Both the position numbers and the translations under genes were made by a program. From a virus (taxonomy: Duplodnaviria; Caudoviricetes), in the IMG/VR virus record IMGVR_UViG_3300008107_006173: a DNA stretch of 64,000 bases; one strand, written 5' to 3'. The notes beneath the pieces are model-generated. The model saw only the letters and a list, made by a program, of their open reading frames with translations. It had not been told where the DNA came from and made no database searches. Each line of letters starts with the position of its first letter. The first letter of the stretch is position 1. Below, in pieces: positions 20,391-30,266 of the stretch.

Positions 20391-21551
20391 TTAGAACACT
20401 TTAATGAGCAAGGTATGCTCGTTAATGCGCCCGTTCATCTCAGTTTCCACAGCATTTAGTCCTTCAAAAAGCTTCTGAAACTTAGTACGGGCTAGCTTAT
20501 CTGCACCCTTAAGGAGCTCAGGTTTACGAAGTGTTTTTTGAACACTTTGCTTTGCGCTGAAGCCTACGATTGTAGTACCTTTAACCATCAAGTTGTGGTG
20601 CTCTTCGGCTACATATACGCCCAACTTTCGATTTTTAGTATTATAAACCCACAGTACCTGTGCATCCAAGATATTCATTGGATTGATACTTGCAAGTCCC
20701 AAACTAGGCTCGCTCTGCTTAAATTTGAGCTTGCTAACAATCTTATCCTTGCTTACAGTCCTTTTCTTACGGGTCTTACGCACAGCCTTACCTGTATTGA
20801 TAAAGGTGTCACAGGCGATAGCAATTTTTTCGTAGAACTCAAGGAACTCCTTACGCATCTTGGGAGTCATGTAAGAGTAGCCTTCTTTGATCTGCTCATC
20901 CTTCCATGCTACTACTTCCCTTGCTTCATCATGCTGGCCTTCGTATATTTCCTTAATGATCTTAGCATGAGCTGCTTTGATCATATTGTCCTTGTAGCTC
21001 TGCATTTGACTATAAGGATCAAATGTAGAAAGATCAAGTCGGTTAGCACAAAGTTCGTCCAGCAAATAGTCCCAGTGAGCGCACAAACTGCTCACCTGAT
21101 CTCTCATACGCTGCTGAATACTTATAGTAACAACATTTTTTGGTTTTTCAATTTCTACTACTGCTTTCTTTTTCTCTAATGCATCTGCTTGCACTAAGAA
21201 ATCTTCGTAGTATCCCTTGAGTCTAGCAATACTCTGCTCAGATAATGCTACACCTTTTTCTAACAAGTAAGCCATCTTACCTACTGTAATAAAATTATAC
21301 TCAGGTAGACGCTTTAGTGTAGCAGCCTGCTTTTTATCAAAATTCTTTTCACAGTATTTGATAAAAGATGCTGTTTTCTTTTTATCGTCAACTTCATAGT
21401 GGACATACGAGTCTGCTTCCCATAGCAGACGATTATAATCTTTATCAATTCCGTTAATTCTAATTGGCTTCATATCCAATTGAACTAGCCGCCAATCGGG
21501 CTCTGAAAATCCGTTAGCGGATAGCTTTCTAGGTGCTTTAGCTCTAGCCAC
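20391..21551 (-). CDS. Conserved hypothetical protein
   Basis: 386 aa, GTG start with GGAG RBS and sigma70-like promoter; basic C-terminal domain. Confidence 0.7.
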   Translation of the reverse strand: MARAKAPRKLSANGFSEPDWRLVQLDMKPIRINGIDKDYNRLLWEADSYVHYEVDDKKKTASFIKYCEKNFDKKQAATLKRLPEYNFITVGKMAYLLEKGVALSEQSIARLKGYYEDFLVQADALEKKKAVVEIEKPKNVVTISIQQRMRDQVSSLCAHWDYLLDELCANRLDLSTFDPYSQMQSYKDNMIKAAHAKIIKEIYEGQHDEAREVVAWKDEQIKEGYSYMTPKMRKEFLEFYEKIAIACDTFINTGKAVRKTRKKRTVSKDKIVSKLKFKQSEPSLGLASINPMNILDAQVLWVYNTKNRKLGVYVAEEHHNLMVKGTTIVGFSAKQSVQKTLRKPELLKGADKLARTKFQKLFEGLNAVETEMNGRINEHTLLIKVF

Positions 21552-21582
21552 AAGTTACTCCTGAAATCTCAAACACATATAT

Positions 21583-21610
21583 AGTATAGCATCTATTTAG
21601 GATGTGTCAA
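21583..21610 (-). promoter_or_regulatory. sigma70-like promoter TTGACA-N16-TATACT
   Basis: TTGACA CATCCTAAATAGATGC TATACT. Confidence 0.7.
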
Positions 21611-21658
21611 CCATATAGAATTGTAGCAATTTTACAACATTTTGCCCAAAAACAACAG

Positions 21659-22582
21659 CTATTTTTTACCTAAATTTCTTTCCCAAATCTCTATTGTTCG
21701 GGATAAACCGGTATCTAAATCTACTTTTGGTTCCCAACCTAACATATGGGTTATCTTTTTATTAGTGCTGTTTAAAAGATAAATTTCACCGGGGCGGGCT
21801 GGCTTTGTATTCCAATTTATGACTCCCTGCCAGTTTAACTTATTTGCAATTTTTTCAGCAAAATGTTTAATTTTAATAGGTGCGTTGGGCCCTAAACAAA
21901 ATATATTACCGTTGTTACATTTATCAGGATTCTCAATTACTGCTACCCAGGCATCAAGCAAATCATCAATAAAAATAAAATTTCTATAAGGTTCAGCATA
22001 ACCTAAATTAACTTCTTGTGAATTAGTTAGCATTTGATAAACAATTTGTTCAGTTACAAAAAAGTTGTTATCCTTACGGCCATATGCATTTGTCTGACGA
22101 ATAGCTGTAAAAGGTAGGCCATAACTGCGATGTGCATACTCTAGATATTTTTCACAGGCGTACTTTGCAACAGCATACGGAGCATTAGGATTTGGTAATG
22201 TGCTTTCGTCAAACGCAGGAATATTATTTGGATCTTCTTTACCTTCTTTAATAATATCACTAATTGGTTGCCAGCCATATACTTCCATTGTACTAGCAAA
22301 AATAAAGTTTTTTAAATTAGTTACATGTTTAGCTGCTTCAATTAAATTTACGGTGCCCACATAATTAATATCACTGAACACATTTTGTTCGTAGAAGCTC
22401 TGTTCTACTTCTGTGCGAGCTGCAAGGTGAATAATAACATCAGGACTAATTAACTTAACTTGTGCCGCAACAGCAGTATGATCCCTTAAATCGGATGCTA
22501 AAAAATGAAGCTCGTGACCAGACAATCTTTTAACTAAGTGCTGGCCTATAAATCCTGAATTTCCTGTAATAAAAATTTTCAT
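21659..22582 (-). CDS. NAD-dependent NDP-sugar epimerase/dehydratase (extended SDR)
   Basis: GNSGFIG, HLAA, STMEVYG, YAVAK; ATGA overlap with upstream gene. Confidence 0.9.
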   Translation of the reverse strand: MKIFITGNSGFIGQHLVKRLSGHELHFLASDLRDHTAVAAQVKLISPDVIIHLAARTEVEQSFYEQNVFSDINYVGTVNLIEAAKHVTNLKNFIFASTMEVYGWQPISDIIKEGKEDPNNIPAFDESTLPNPNAPYAVAKYACEKYLEYAHRSYGLPFTAIRQTNAYGRKDNNFFVTEQIVYQMLTNSQEVNLGYAEPYRNFIFIDDLLDAWVAVIENPDKCNNGNIFCLGPNAPIKIKHFAEKIANKLNWQGVINWNTKPARPGEIYLLNSTNKKITHMLGWEPKVDLDTGLSRTIEIWERNLGKK

Positions 22583-23637
22583 GAACAATAATCCTCAAGA
22601 GTGCCTTTTCGTCTTAAATCTAATGTAGCGCAATGTATGCCGCCAGCTAAAGTCATACTATGACGGAATTGAACCGGTACGCTGTCAATGCCCCACTTAT
22701 CTAATTCACGCATTAGCGGCTCTTGTGCGCTGTCACAAATGATTGTACTTTCGTTGACACTAAGAATGTTCATGCCAATATACGGACTACATGGTGCAAA
22801 ATATCCCTGATCTACAAGTTTAGTGCCCTGTACAACACAATCGTCAAACCAGATCTTGTCCCACTTCTTAAAGATTTCTGGGCAGTTGTCAGGTGTTACT
22901 CGTGTGCTGTTCAGCAGTACTAGACCTGGACGCAACGGAATAATTGTACTGTCAAAATGTGCATAGCTGTAAAGTTCGCTATAGTGTAGTTTATAACCCA
23001 TAGGCTCTAAGAACCGCTTGAGCCACTTAAAACCCTTCATGTTGCCACTATTACTTACCTGGTATAAAATATCTCTACCAACACGAACAATATTAGGAGC
23101 ATCAAAACAAATTTCATGATCTAGTAAAGTTGCTTTTTTAAGGTCATCAAACTGATACATATTATCGTGTAACTTAGGCTTTGGTGCGTTGAGCCATAGT
23201 GCGCCATCTTCAAATGCTTCGTATAAAATATCTTCATACAAGCGGGTTTCAAAGTATCTAGCACGAACAGGTGTAGGTGTCTCTAACAGCAAATCACCTA
23301 GTACAATAATTAAATCTCGTGGACACCAGCTATACCAGCCTTTAGTTTGCCAACCTTCGCCAATGTCGTAATTAACTTTATCCCAATCAATAATTTTAGG
23401 GCGATGAACTTTAACACCCATCTTTGTAAGTGTGTTAGCCAAGCCATCAGCATCTTCGTTGGCTTCATCAATTACCCATTGCGGATAAGTGCCTTCTAAA
23501 TGTTTAATCTTTTCAGCTGGATGATTAGCATAGCTAAAGCTATGTGCGCTAATATCTGTAGCAATGCGACTATGATGTGCATGGCCTACAATAATTTCCT
23601 CTAGTGGATCCCAGTCATTGTGTGAATTTACGATCAT
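22579..23637 (-). CDS. Amidinotransferase (AGAT / StrB1-like, pentein fold)
   Basis: HNDWDPLEEIIVG start, CPRD, CFDAPN, AHFDST, GGIHCATLDLRR (Asp-His-Cys triad); ATGA overlap. Confidence 0.9.
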   Translation of the reverse strand: MIVNSHNDWDPLEEIIVGHAHHSRIATDISAHSFSYANHPAEKIKHLEGTYPQWVIDEANEDADGLANTLTKMGVKVHRPKIIDWDKVNYDIGEGWQTKGWYSWCPRDLIIVLGDLLLETPTPVRARYFETRLYEDILYEAFEDGALWLNAPKPKLHDNMYQFDDLKKATLLDHEICFDAPNIVRVGRDILYQVSNSGNMKGFKWLKRFLEPMGYKLHYSELYSYAHFDSTIIPLRPGLVLLNSTRVTPDNCPEIFKKWDKIWFDDCVVQGTKLVDQGYFAPCSPYIGMNILSVNESTIICDSAQEPLMRELDKWGIDSVPVQFRHSMTLAGGIHCATLDLRRKGTLEDYCS

Positions 23638-24506
23638 GTGTTTATGTCTCCAAGGTATTCGCTGATACAAACCCGATTGTTATCTAAAATACCTCTATTA
23701 AAATGTTTGTATTCTTCGCCGCCTAAACCAAAAATTACTGTATCTGTATAAACTAAATTACGTTCTTCGCATACCTGTTCGTACTTGTCCTGATAAGTTT
23801 CCCAGTTCCAATCGGGACTAAAACTTTTCATAAAGTGAGCACCTAAACTCATACTATATGTATTTTGCATATTTACTTCATTGATCATACTAATACCATC
23901 GTCTGCATATTCTCGAGTAAATCTAATACCTACACGATGATTTTCTAATGCATAAAACGGTTTACTTAAACTACATGTAACTTCTGTAATCATAGGATAT
24001 TTGTTCAAATCGATATGAATATTTTTTGCTATTCCCCAGTAAGCTAAATCTAAACAAACGGGTACTTTATAAAATGCACACATCTCCATAAGACGATCAA
24101 ATTCTGGGTGCATACAGCCATAATCACTAAAAGGTGCACTAATTATTACTGCTGATAAATCTAACCCAAAAAACTTAGATGTTGAAAATTCTTTATCAAT
24201 ATAGTCAAAATCTAAAAATTTAGATATACATGCATGGTATTGAAAGTCGCCGCGCATAGCAAAAATTGTTTTGTTTTTTCCATGCTTTAAAACAAAGTTA
24301 TCAAACGTCTGGCTAGTACCCTGTGTATAATCAGCGTATTTAAAATTGTCTAAACCTTCAAGGGTTTTTGAATCAGTATATGTTAGCCAATTACGCCATA
24401 TTTCAGTATAGTCAGCAAGGGATATATCATTATACTTAAAAAGATTATAATGATCCCGTACTTGTTTACTTGTTATTGGGCGGGCGCCCCGGGTTAATTG
24501 ACTCAT
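23634..24506 (-). CDS. PLP-dependent fold-type-I enzyme (aminotransferase-like)
   Basis: DLAYW and SLSKPF motifs followed by RVGIRF. Confidence 0.7.
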   Translation of the reverse strand: MSQLTRGARPITSKQVRDHYNLFKYNDISLADYTEIWRNWLTYTDSKTLEGLDNFKYADYTQGTSQTFDNFVLKHGKNKTIFAMRGDFQYHACISKFLDFDYIDKEFSTSKFFGLDLSAVIISAPFSDYGCMHPEFDRLMEMCAFYKVPVCLDLAYWGIAKNIHIDLNKYPMITEVTCSLSKPFYALENHRVGIRFTREYADDGISMINEVNMQNTYSMSLGAHFMKSFSPDWNWETYQDKYEQVCEERNLVYTDTVIFGLGGEEYKHFNRGILDNNRVCISEYLGDINT

Positions 24507-24570
24507 CAGGCTTCGTTTAAAGTGATTATTTAATACTTATCTTTCTGCACAACCTGGTTCTAGAAGTTCT

Positions 24571-24578
24571 GATAAATA
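24571..24578 (+). promoter_or_regulatory. Late promoter GATAAATA, 5 nt before ATG
   Basis: GATAAATA-GTATT-ATG. Confidence 0.75.
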
Positions 24579-24583
24579 GTATT

Positions 24584-25660
24584 ATGCCCAAAATAAGCCT
24601 CTGGAACCCGATTAAAACAAACGACTACAATTTTATTGATAGAATTGTAGGCGAACACTTGTATGCCGGTGGCACAGGAGTCCATGTACACAAGTATTTA
24701 GGTATACACGATAATGTAAATGCTACATCGTTAGACCCAACAAGACCTCCAGCTGGTAATACAACTAGTGATCAAATTTTTATTCAGGATCTACTATTTT
24801 TAGAAAACAGAGATCGCAAGTACGATACAAATATTTACGAATTGCGCGGGCAATATAATATTCAAGATAACGACAGTTACGATTTAACACAGTTTGGTTT
24901 GTTTTTAGCTAACGATACTGTGTTTTTAACTTTCCATATTGAAAGCATGGTAGAATCGCTTGGACGCAAATTAATGCCCGGAGATGTGTTAGAACTACCT
25001 CATTTGCGTGATGATCTGTTGCTGGGTACTGAAGGTGCTATTAATAGATTTTATGTTGTTCAAGATGGTGCTAGACCCAGTGAAGGATTTGATCCTCGTT
25101 GGTGGCCGCATCTATGGCGTGTCAAGTGCGGTCCTATCAGTGACAGTCAAGAATACAGAGATATACTTGGTACTGGTGAAAATGAAGAAGATTTACGCAA
25201 TCTTATCAGTAAGTATCAAAATGAGATTGCAATCAACGATGCAATTTTAGCGCAAGCTGAAAGAGATGTTCCATACGATCCTCAATGGAGAAGAACCGGA
25301 CACTTATACTTTGACCCCGAAGTACCTGATAAGCCAACTATAGGTTTTGACTTTGCGGGAGATACCGGTGTTCCTGTTAATGGTGTGCCTATTGCAGGTA
25401 GCGGTGAAAGTTTCCCTGTTACAGGCATAAGTGATGGGGATTATTTCTTGCGTACAGATTTTAGTCCAAATAGACTATTCCAAAAGTCAGGTAATAGGTG
25501 GATTCGCGTAGGTGATGACAATCGCAGAGAATGGGCTGCTGCTAATCGCGTACTCAGCACATTTATTAACAATGATAACTACAGAATTGATTCAAACGGT
25601 TTAAGTGAACTTGAAAAAACTAATTTAAGTAAAGTTATTAAACCAAAGACGGATAACTAA
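24584..25660 (+). CDS. gp14: Neck protein gp14-like
   Basis: IQDLLFLENRDRKYD, DLTQFGLFL, GDVLELPHL, WWPHLWRVKC. Confidence 0.75.
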   Translation: MPKISLWNPIKTNDYNFIDRIVGEHLYAGGTGVHVHKYLGIHDNVNATSLDPTRPPAGNTTSDQIFIQDLLFLENRDRKYDTNIYELRGQYNIQDNDSYDLTQFGLFLANDTVFLTFHIESMVESLGRKLMPGDVLELPHLRDDLLLGTEGAINRFYVVQDGARPSEGFDPRWWPHLWRVKCGPISDSQEYRDILGTGENEEDLRNLISKYQNEIAINDAILAQAERDVPYDPQWRRTGHLYFDPEVPDKPTIGFDFAGDTGVPVNGVPIAGSGESFPVTGISDGDYFLRTDFSPNRLFQKSGNRWIRVGDDNRREWAAANRVLSTFINNDNYRIDSNGLSELEKTNLSKVIKPKTDN

Positions 25661-25668
25661 GGACACAT

Positions 25669-27018
25669 ATGGCAGGTAAAAACTTAGACTATTGGTACGA
25701 CGAGCAAATAAAGCGATATCTAATTCAGATTATTCGTGTCTTTTCTCATTTTAAAGTAAAAGAAAATACTCGCGACGGTGTCAAGTACAATCGGGTACCT
25801 GCTCGATACGGTGATATGAGCCGCATGGTTGCAAGTATTTTGAGAAATAATACTGAAAATGCGCTAAACAATGCACCAATGATTACTGTTAGTATTCAAA
25901 GTATTCAGCCAGCTCGAGATAGAACAGCAGAACCGTTTTTAGTTGATACTCGCCAAGTGGCTGAAAGAGCTTACGATAACAATACAGGTGAATATGGTAG
26001 TGAACAGGGTAACTTATATACTACTCAACGATATATGCCTGTTCCTTATAATATGACCATACAGGTTGACGTTTGGACTACTAACACTGACACTAAACTA
26101 CAATTGTTAGAACAATTATTTGTAATTTTTAATCCAAGTATCCAGTTGCAAAGCAACGATAACCCGTTAGACTGGACCAGTGTGTTTGAAGTTGAGATGA
26201 CAGATATTAACTGGAGTAGTCGAAGTATTCCGGCTGGTGTTGACGAGTCGCTAGACATTTCAACCTTAACATTTAGCGTCCCTATTTGGATCAGTCCCCC
26301 AGCTAAAGTTAAGCGTCAGACAATTATTCAACAAATTATTGCAGATATTCATAATACCACTGGAAGTATTGGTGAATTAGGATTTGATTCTCAATATCAC
26401 GACTTCTTTGGTAGTATACCGGATAGTGCCGAAGTAATTGTTACACCAAATAACTACAGAGTGCAGATTTTAGGATCAAGTGCGTTCCTAGTTGATTTAA
26501 CAGGTACACGACAACCGTGGATTGATCTTATTGAAATGAAGGGTATGTTAAGTGCCACAAGTTTGCTAAAACTAAACATTAGCAACGACAGCGACAGTGA
26601 CGATAACTTTGTTATCGGTTCAGTAACTGCAAATCCCACAGACGAAACTGCTCTTATTTTTAATTTAGATCCTGATACCTTGCCTAGCGATACATTAACT
26701 GATGTAGATAGAATTATTAATCCTAGGTCATCATCCCCAGGAGCAGGATTACCTGCTGCTGCATTAGGACAAAGATATTTAATAACCGAAGAGCTCCACC
26801 CTACAGGATTTCCTGAATGGGGCATAACTGCAAAAGAAAATGATATCATTCAGTATAATGGTTCAGTTTGGCAGGTTGCATTTAACTCAGCAAATGTTAC
26901 TTCGGTACATTATACAACAAACGATTATACATCAAAACAATTCAAGTGGACCGGTAGTTCATGGATAAGTAGTTACGAAGGTGAATACAATCCTGGATAC
27001 TGGAGACTTGTACTGTAA
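25669..27018 (+). CDS. gp15: Tail terminator / sheath stabiliser gp15-like with C-terminal extension
   Basis: YWYDEQIKRY, MPVPYNM, LEQLFVIFNPS, DWTS motifs. Confidence 0.8.
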   Translation: MAGKNLDYWYDEQIKRYLIQIIRVFSHFKVKENTRDGVKYNRVPARYGDMSRMVASILRNNTENALNNAPMITVSIQSIQPARDRTAEPFLVDTRQVAERAYDNNTGEYGSEQGNLYTTQRYMPVPYNMTIQVDVWTTNTDTKLQLLEQLFVIFNPSIQLQSNDNPLDWTSVFEVEMTDINWSSRSIPAGVDESLDISTLTFSVPIWISPPAKVKRQTIIQQIIADIHNTTGSIGELGFDSQYHDFFGSIPDSAEVIVTPNNYRVQILGSSAFLVDLTGTRQPWIDLIEMKGMLSATSLLKLNISNDSDSDDNFVIGSVTANPTDETALIFNLDPDTLPSDTLTDVDRIINPRSSSPGAGLPAAALGQRYLITEELHPTGFPEWGITAKENDIIQYNGSVWQVAFNSANVTSVHYTTNDYTSKQFKWTGSSWISSYEGEYNPGYWRLVL

Positions 27019-27443
27019 TGACAACTGCCGCTGGCGTAGTATTTTTGGCAAAAGACACAGGTCGATGCTTACTACAATTACGCAACTCCGATAAACGCTT
27101 TAAGAATACTTGGGGATTTTGGGGCGGCATGATTGAGAGGGGCGAGACCCCTTATGAGTGTATCCAGCGCGAGCTCGAAGAAGAGATTGGTTTTGTTCCG
27201 GAACTAAAAAAATTAAATCCTATCGACGTTTATCAAAGCAAGGACAGAAACTTCTACTACTACAGTTTTGTTGCTGTTGTTGACAACGAATTTATTCCCA
27301 AATTAAATGGTGAGAGTGCTGGCTATGCCTGGGTGGATATCGGTGTATGGCCACAGCCCCTACACAATGGTGCAAGACTTACACTAAACAAAAACGGTGG
27401 CACGGATAAACTACAGACTATTCTAAAAATCCACACAGAATAA
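27018..27443 (+). CDS. Nudix hydrolase
   Basis: Nudix box GGMIERGETPYECIQRELEEEIG. Confidence 0.9.
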   Translation: MTTAAGVVFLAKDTGRCLLQLRNSDKRFKNTWGFWGGMIERGETPYECIQRELEEEIGFVPELKKLNPIDVYQSKDRNFYYYSFVAVVDNEFIPKLNGESAGYAWVDIGVWPQPLHNGARLTLNKNGGTDKLQTILKIHTE

Positions 27444-27451
27444 ATATTGTG

Positions 27452-28078
27452 ATGGATGATGTCGTCGACTTCGTGTTGTTGCGTATTCAGCAAGAGCTAG
27501 AAAAATATCATAAAACAAAAACTATACCTTTTGATTTATTAGAAGGTGCGTATTCTATTGACGACATTAAGAAATATTATTACGATAAACTTACACCAAA
27601 GTATCAAAAAATTGCTAATTCGTTAATCAGTGCTTATGAAAAAAAGATACAAAACAACTTAGATAGTCTAAAAATTGCTCTGAGAAAAGACTATACTAGC
27701 ACAATGAATCAACTAGAAACAGAATCTAGTGATTTTAAATTTCCATCAGTATTAACAAAGTATAGACCTAGTATAAATCCAGTCAAAGCACTTTTCTATG
27801 AAGTTAGAGAATTAACACGCACATATAATTTTGAAAGCGAATATCATGTATGGCTATTATCGTTGCTACAGGATCTAGAGTACAACAATAAACTTATTGA
27901 TGCGATAAGTGTAGATATAAGAAGATTAGAACGAATAGTCAGCAGATACTATTTGCCTATGATAAACTACACAGATAGTATACCGCTTGAACTGTTCCAC
28001 GCAAGACAGTTAATAAAAGATTTTCGACACTACAAAAATACTTTTATTACACTAAAATCTTGGCACCCTGAGGACTAA
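27452..28078 (+). CDS. Hypothetical protein
   Basis: AATAAATA-TTGTG-ATG start; 208 aa. Confidence 0.65.
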   Translation: MDDVVDFVLLRIQQELEKYHKTKTIPFDLLEGAYSIDDIKKYYYDKLTPKYQKIANSLISAYEKKIQNNLDSLKIALRKDYTSTMNQLETESSDFKFPSVLTKYRPSINPVKALFYEVRELTRTYNFESEYHVWLLSLLQDLEYNNKLIDAISVDIRRLERIVSRYYLPMINYTDSIPLELFHARQLIKDFRHYKNTFITLKSWHPED

Positions 28079-28235
28079 AGGGAACAAATGTTCTTTCTGC
28101 AAAAGATAAATCATTATTTTTTGCGTGCTCATAAACCTCTAATGCATGTGACAAATTAGTAGTAGAAACTAATAATTTTTCATCGACCAACACAGCAAAT
28201 CTAGTGTTGTTGTTGCTTCTTTCTAGTTTGATCAT
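28047..28235 (-). CDS. Small hypothetical protein at the end of the curli operon
   Basis: ATGA overlap with the cyclase stop; overlaps the convergent gene by 32 nt. Confidence 0.45.
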   Translation of the reverse strand: MIKLERSNNNTRFAVLVDEKLLVSTTNLSHALEVYEHAKNNDLSFAERTFVPFSPQGAKILV

Positions 28236-30265
28236 TTTGATGTGGCTCTGTATATGCCGTCCCAGTTTTTAGGCGGACTTTTCTTGTATTCTAAAATACG
28301 ATCAATCATAGCATCATAGTAATGTGCTAATTCACCTTGCCAACTGTGTCTCATGTCTGTAGCTAGTTTGTGTGCTGTGTTCCAATTTCCTTTGCGATAT
28401 TCCTCTAAGAATTGTTTGTGTATTTTTTCATCGCTTTCGTCAAATTTTTCAAGTACTGTGTAAATTTTTGCTGGTTCTGTTTTACCTTTAACAGCAATTA
28501 AATCAAGTTCAACTACCTGGTATGTATCCAAAACCGCGTCAGCAGTCTTAGGTCCAATGATGATTTTAACGCCGTAAGGTTTGCTCTGGCCTTCGAGGCG
28601 ACTAGCCAAGTTAACGCCGTCGCCCAAACAGGTATAGTCAAAACGCTGATCGCTGCCCATATTACCAACAACCACAGTATCAGTATTAATACCAAGACCC
28701 ATTCCAAAAGCCGGGACGCCTTCTGCCTTAACTTCTTCATTGAATTCCTTTAGAGCTTTCAACATTTGAAATGCTGTGCGAACAGCATCTTTAGCATGTT
28801 GAGAATTATTAACTGGTGCGTTCCAAAATGCCATCTGGGCATCACCGATATACTTATCCAATGTACCTTTGTTTTCTAAGATAGCTTTGGTCATAGCAGT
28901 CATATAGCGATTCATAATTTTTGTAAGGCCTTGAACATCCTTACCGTAGTGTTCGCTAATTGTAGTAAAGCCTCTTACGTCTGTGAACATGATGCTTAGT
29001 TCTTGTTCGTTGCCACCAAGCTGTAATAGCTCTGGTTGACGTTGTAGTTGTGCTACTAGGTCTGGGCTTAGGTATGTGCCAAACTGTTTCTTAATCTGTT
29101 GCTTCTGTAAGAACTCGCTTACAAACTTAACACCATACACATGGAGGGCAACAAGGATAAGACCTAATGCGGTTGCTGTTGCATCTGTGAGCATGTTGTG
29201 GTTAACAAACAACCAATAAGAGCCACCGATGCTGGTAGCAATGCCCGCAACGGTGGTAACTAAACCTACATATGTCCAGCGTGATAGTAAAATTATAATT
29301 AAGCCCAGTGCTAATAACGCAGCAATTTCTGCAAAGTCTGCATAGTCTGGGCGTTGAATGTTTACGCCGTTAAACATAGTACCAACTACTGCTGCCTGTA
29401 ATTCATGTGGATGAACTGGGCCTAGTGCTGTTGGTACTGGGTTACTAATACCTGCTGCTGTTGGACTTACAATAACAACAGCACCTCTAAAATCTTTTGG
29501 TAATTTTGCTAAACTTGAACTTTGTGACTTTTGACTCCAGTCAATCCACACACGGCCCAAACTGTCTGTGGTCACTGGGCCAAACTGTGGGATACGCATT
29601 TTTTCTACGCCTAGTTCATTTAGTTTGATTTGAAAACTAGGATCACCTGCAACAACACGAAGTACTTCTAAACTTAGTGCAGGATATAATGTTCCGTCTA
29701 CACTGGCTACTAATGGTACGCGACGATTAACGCCATCAATTTCTGGTAGTGTATTAACTGTACCTGTACCGATTGCTAGTCCTTCATAGTTAGGCAAGTT
29801 AGCAATGATACCAGGATATTGAATTACTGTATCTAAATACTCTGGCCCCATGATTGCTGCACCAGCTTCACGAGGATTATTTTTTGAAGTTTCACTAGGT
29901 ACATTTGGCAGTATAACCGGATACTGTAACATTGCGGCTTCCATAGCCTTGTCGCCTTTGAAGCGATCAGGTTCAGCCATTAACACATTGAATACCACTA
30001 AGCCTGCGCCTCTGGCATACAGATCTTTTACTATGCCTGCATATTGATCACGGGGGAATGGCCACTGACCGTATTTGTCTAAGGCCGCTTCGTCTATGTT
30101 TACAGTATGAATGTTGTTAACTGTAGGTGCTTTGCTGGTAATAAGTGTATCAAAATATCTTAGACGTACACTTTCAACAAAACTAGGATCTGCTGCTCTT
30201 AGACCAACAATTAAAAATAGTGTGATTAATGCAGTCCACGGGCTTAGTAAAATTTTCTTCAACAT
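28232..30265 (-). CDS. CHASE2-domain class III adenylate cyclase
   Basis: N-terminal TM, CHASE2 (GQWPFPRD), three TM helices, FTDVRGFT, DKYIGDA, FDYT, VNLASRLEG. Confidence 0.92.
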   Translation of the reverse strand: MLKKILLSPWTALITLFLIVGLRAADPSFVESVRLRYFDTLITSKAPTVNNIHTVNIDEAALDKYGQWPFPRDQYAGIVKDLYARGAGLVVFNVLMAEPDRFKGDKAMEAAMLQYPVILPNVPSETSKNNPREAGAAIMGPEYLDTVIQYPGIIANLPNYEGLAIGTGTVNTLPEIDGVNRRVPLVASVDGTLYPALSLEVLRVVAGDPSFQIKLNELGVEKMRIPQFGPVTTDSLGRVWIDWSQKSQSSSLAKLPKDFRGAVVIVSPTAAGISNPVPTALGPVHPHELQAAVVGTMFNGVNIQRPDYADFAEIAALLALGLIIILLSRWTYVGLVTTVAGIATSIGGSYWLFVNHNMLTDATATALGLILVALHVYGVKFVSEFLQKQQIKKQFGTYLSPDLVAQLQRQPELLQLGGNEQELSIMFTDVRGFTTISEHYGKDVQGLTKIMNRYMTAMTKAILENKGTLDKYIGDAQMAFWNAPVNNSQHAKDAVRTAFQMLKALKEFNEEVKAEGVPAFGMGLGINTDTVVVGNMGSDQRFDYTCLGDGVNLASRLEGQSKPYGVKIIIGPKTADAVLDTYQVVELDLIAVKGKTEPAKIYTVLEKFDESDEKIHKQFLEEYRKGNWNTAHKLATDMRHSWQGELAHYYDAMIDRILEYKKSPPKNWDGIYRATSK

Positions 30266-30266
30266 G

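Noticed and set aside
18572-23637. Archaeosine / 7-deazaguanine DNA modification pathway
   Set aside because: The amidinotransferase is pentein-fold (AGAT/StrB1-like), not ArcS, QueF-L or Gat-QueC; no folE, queC, queD or dpdA in the window
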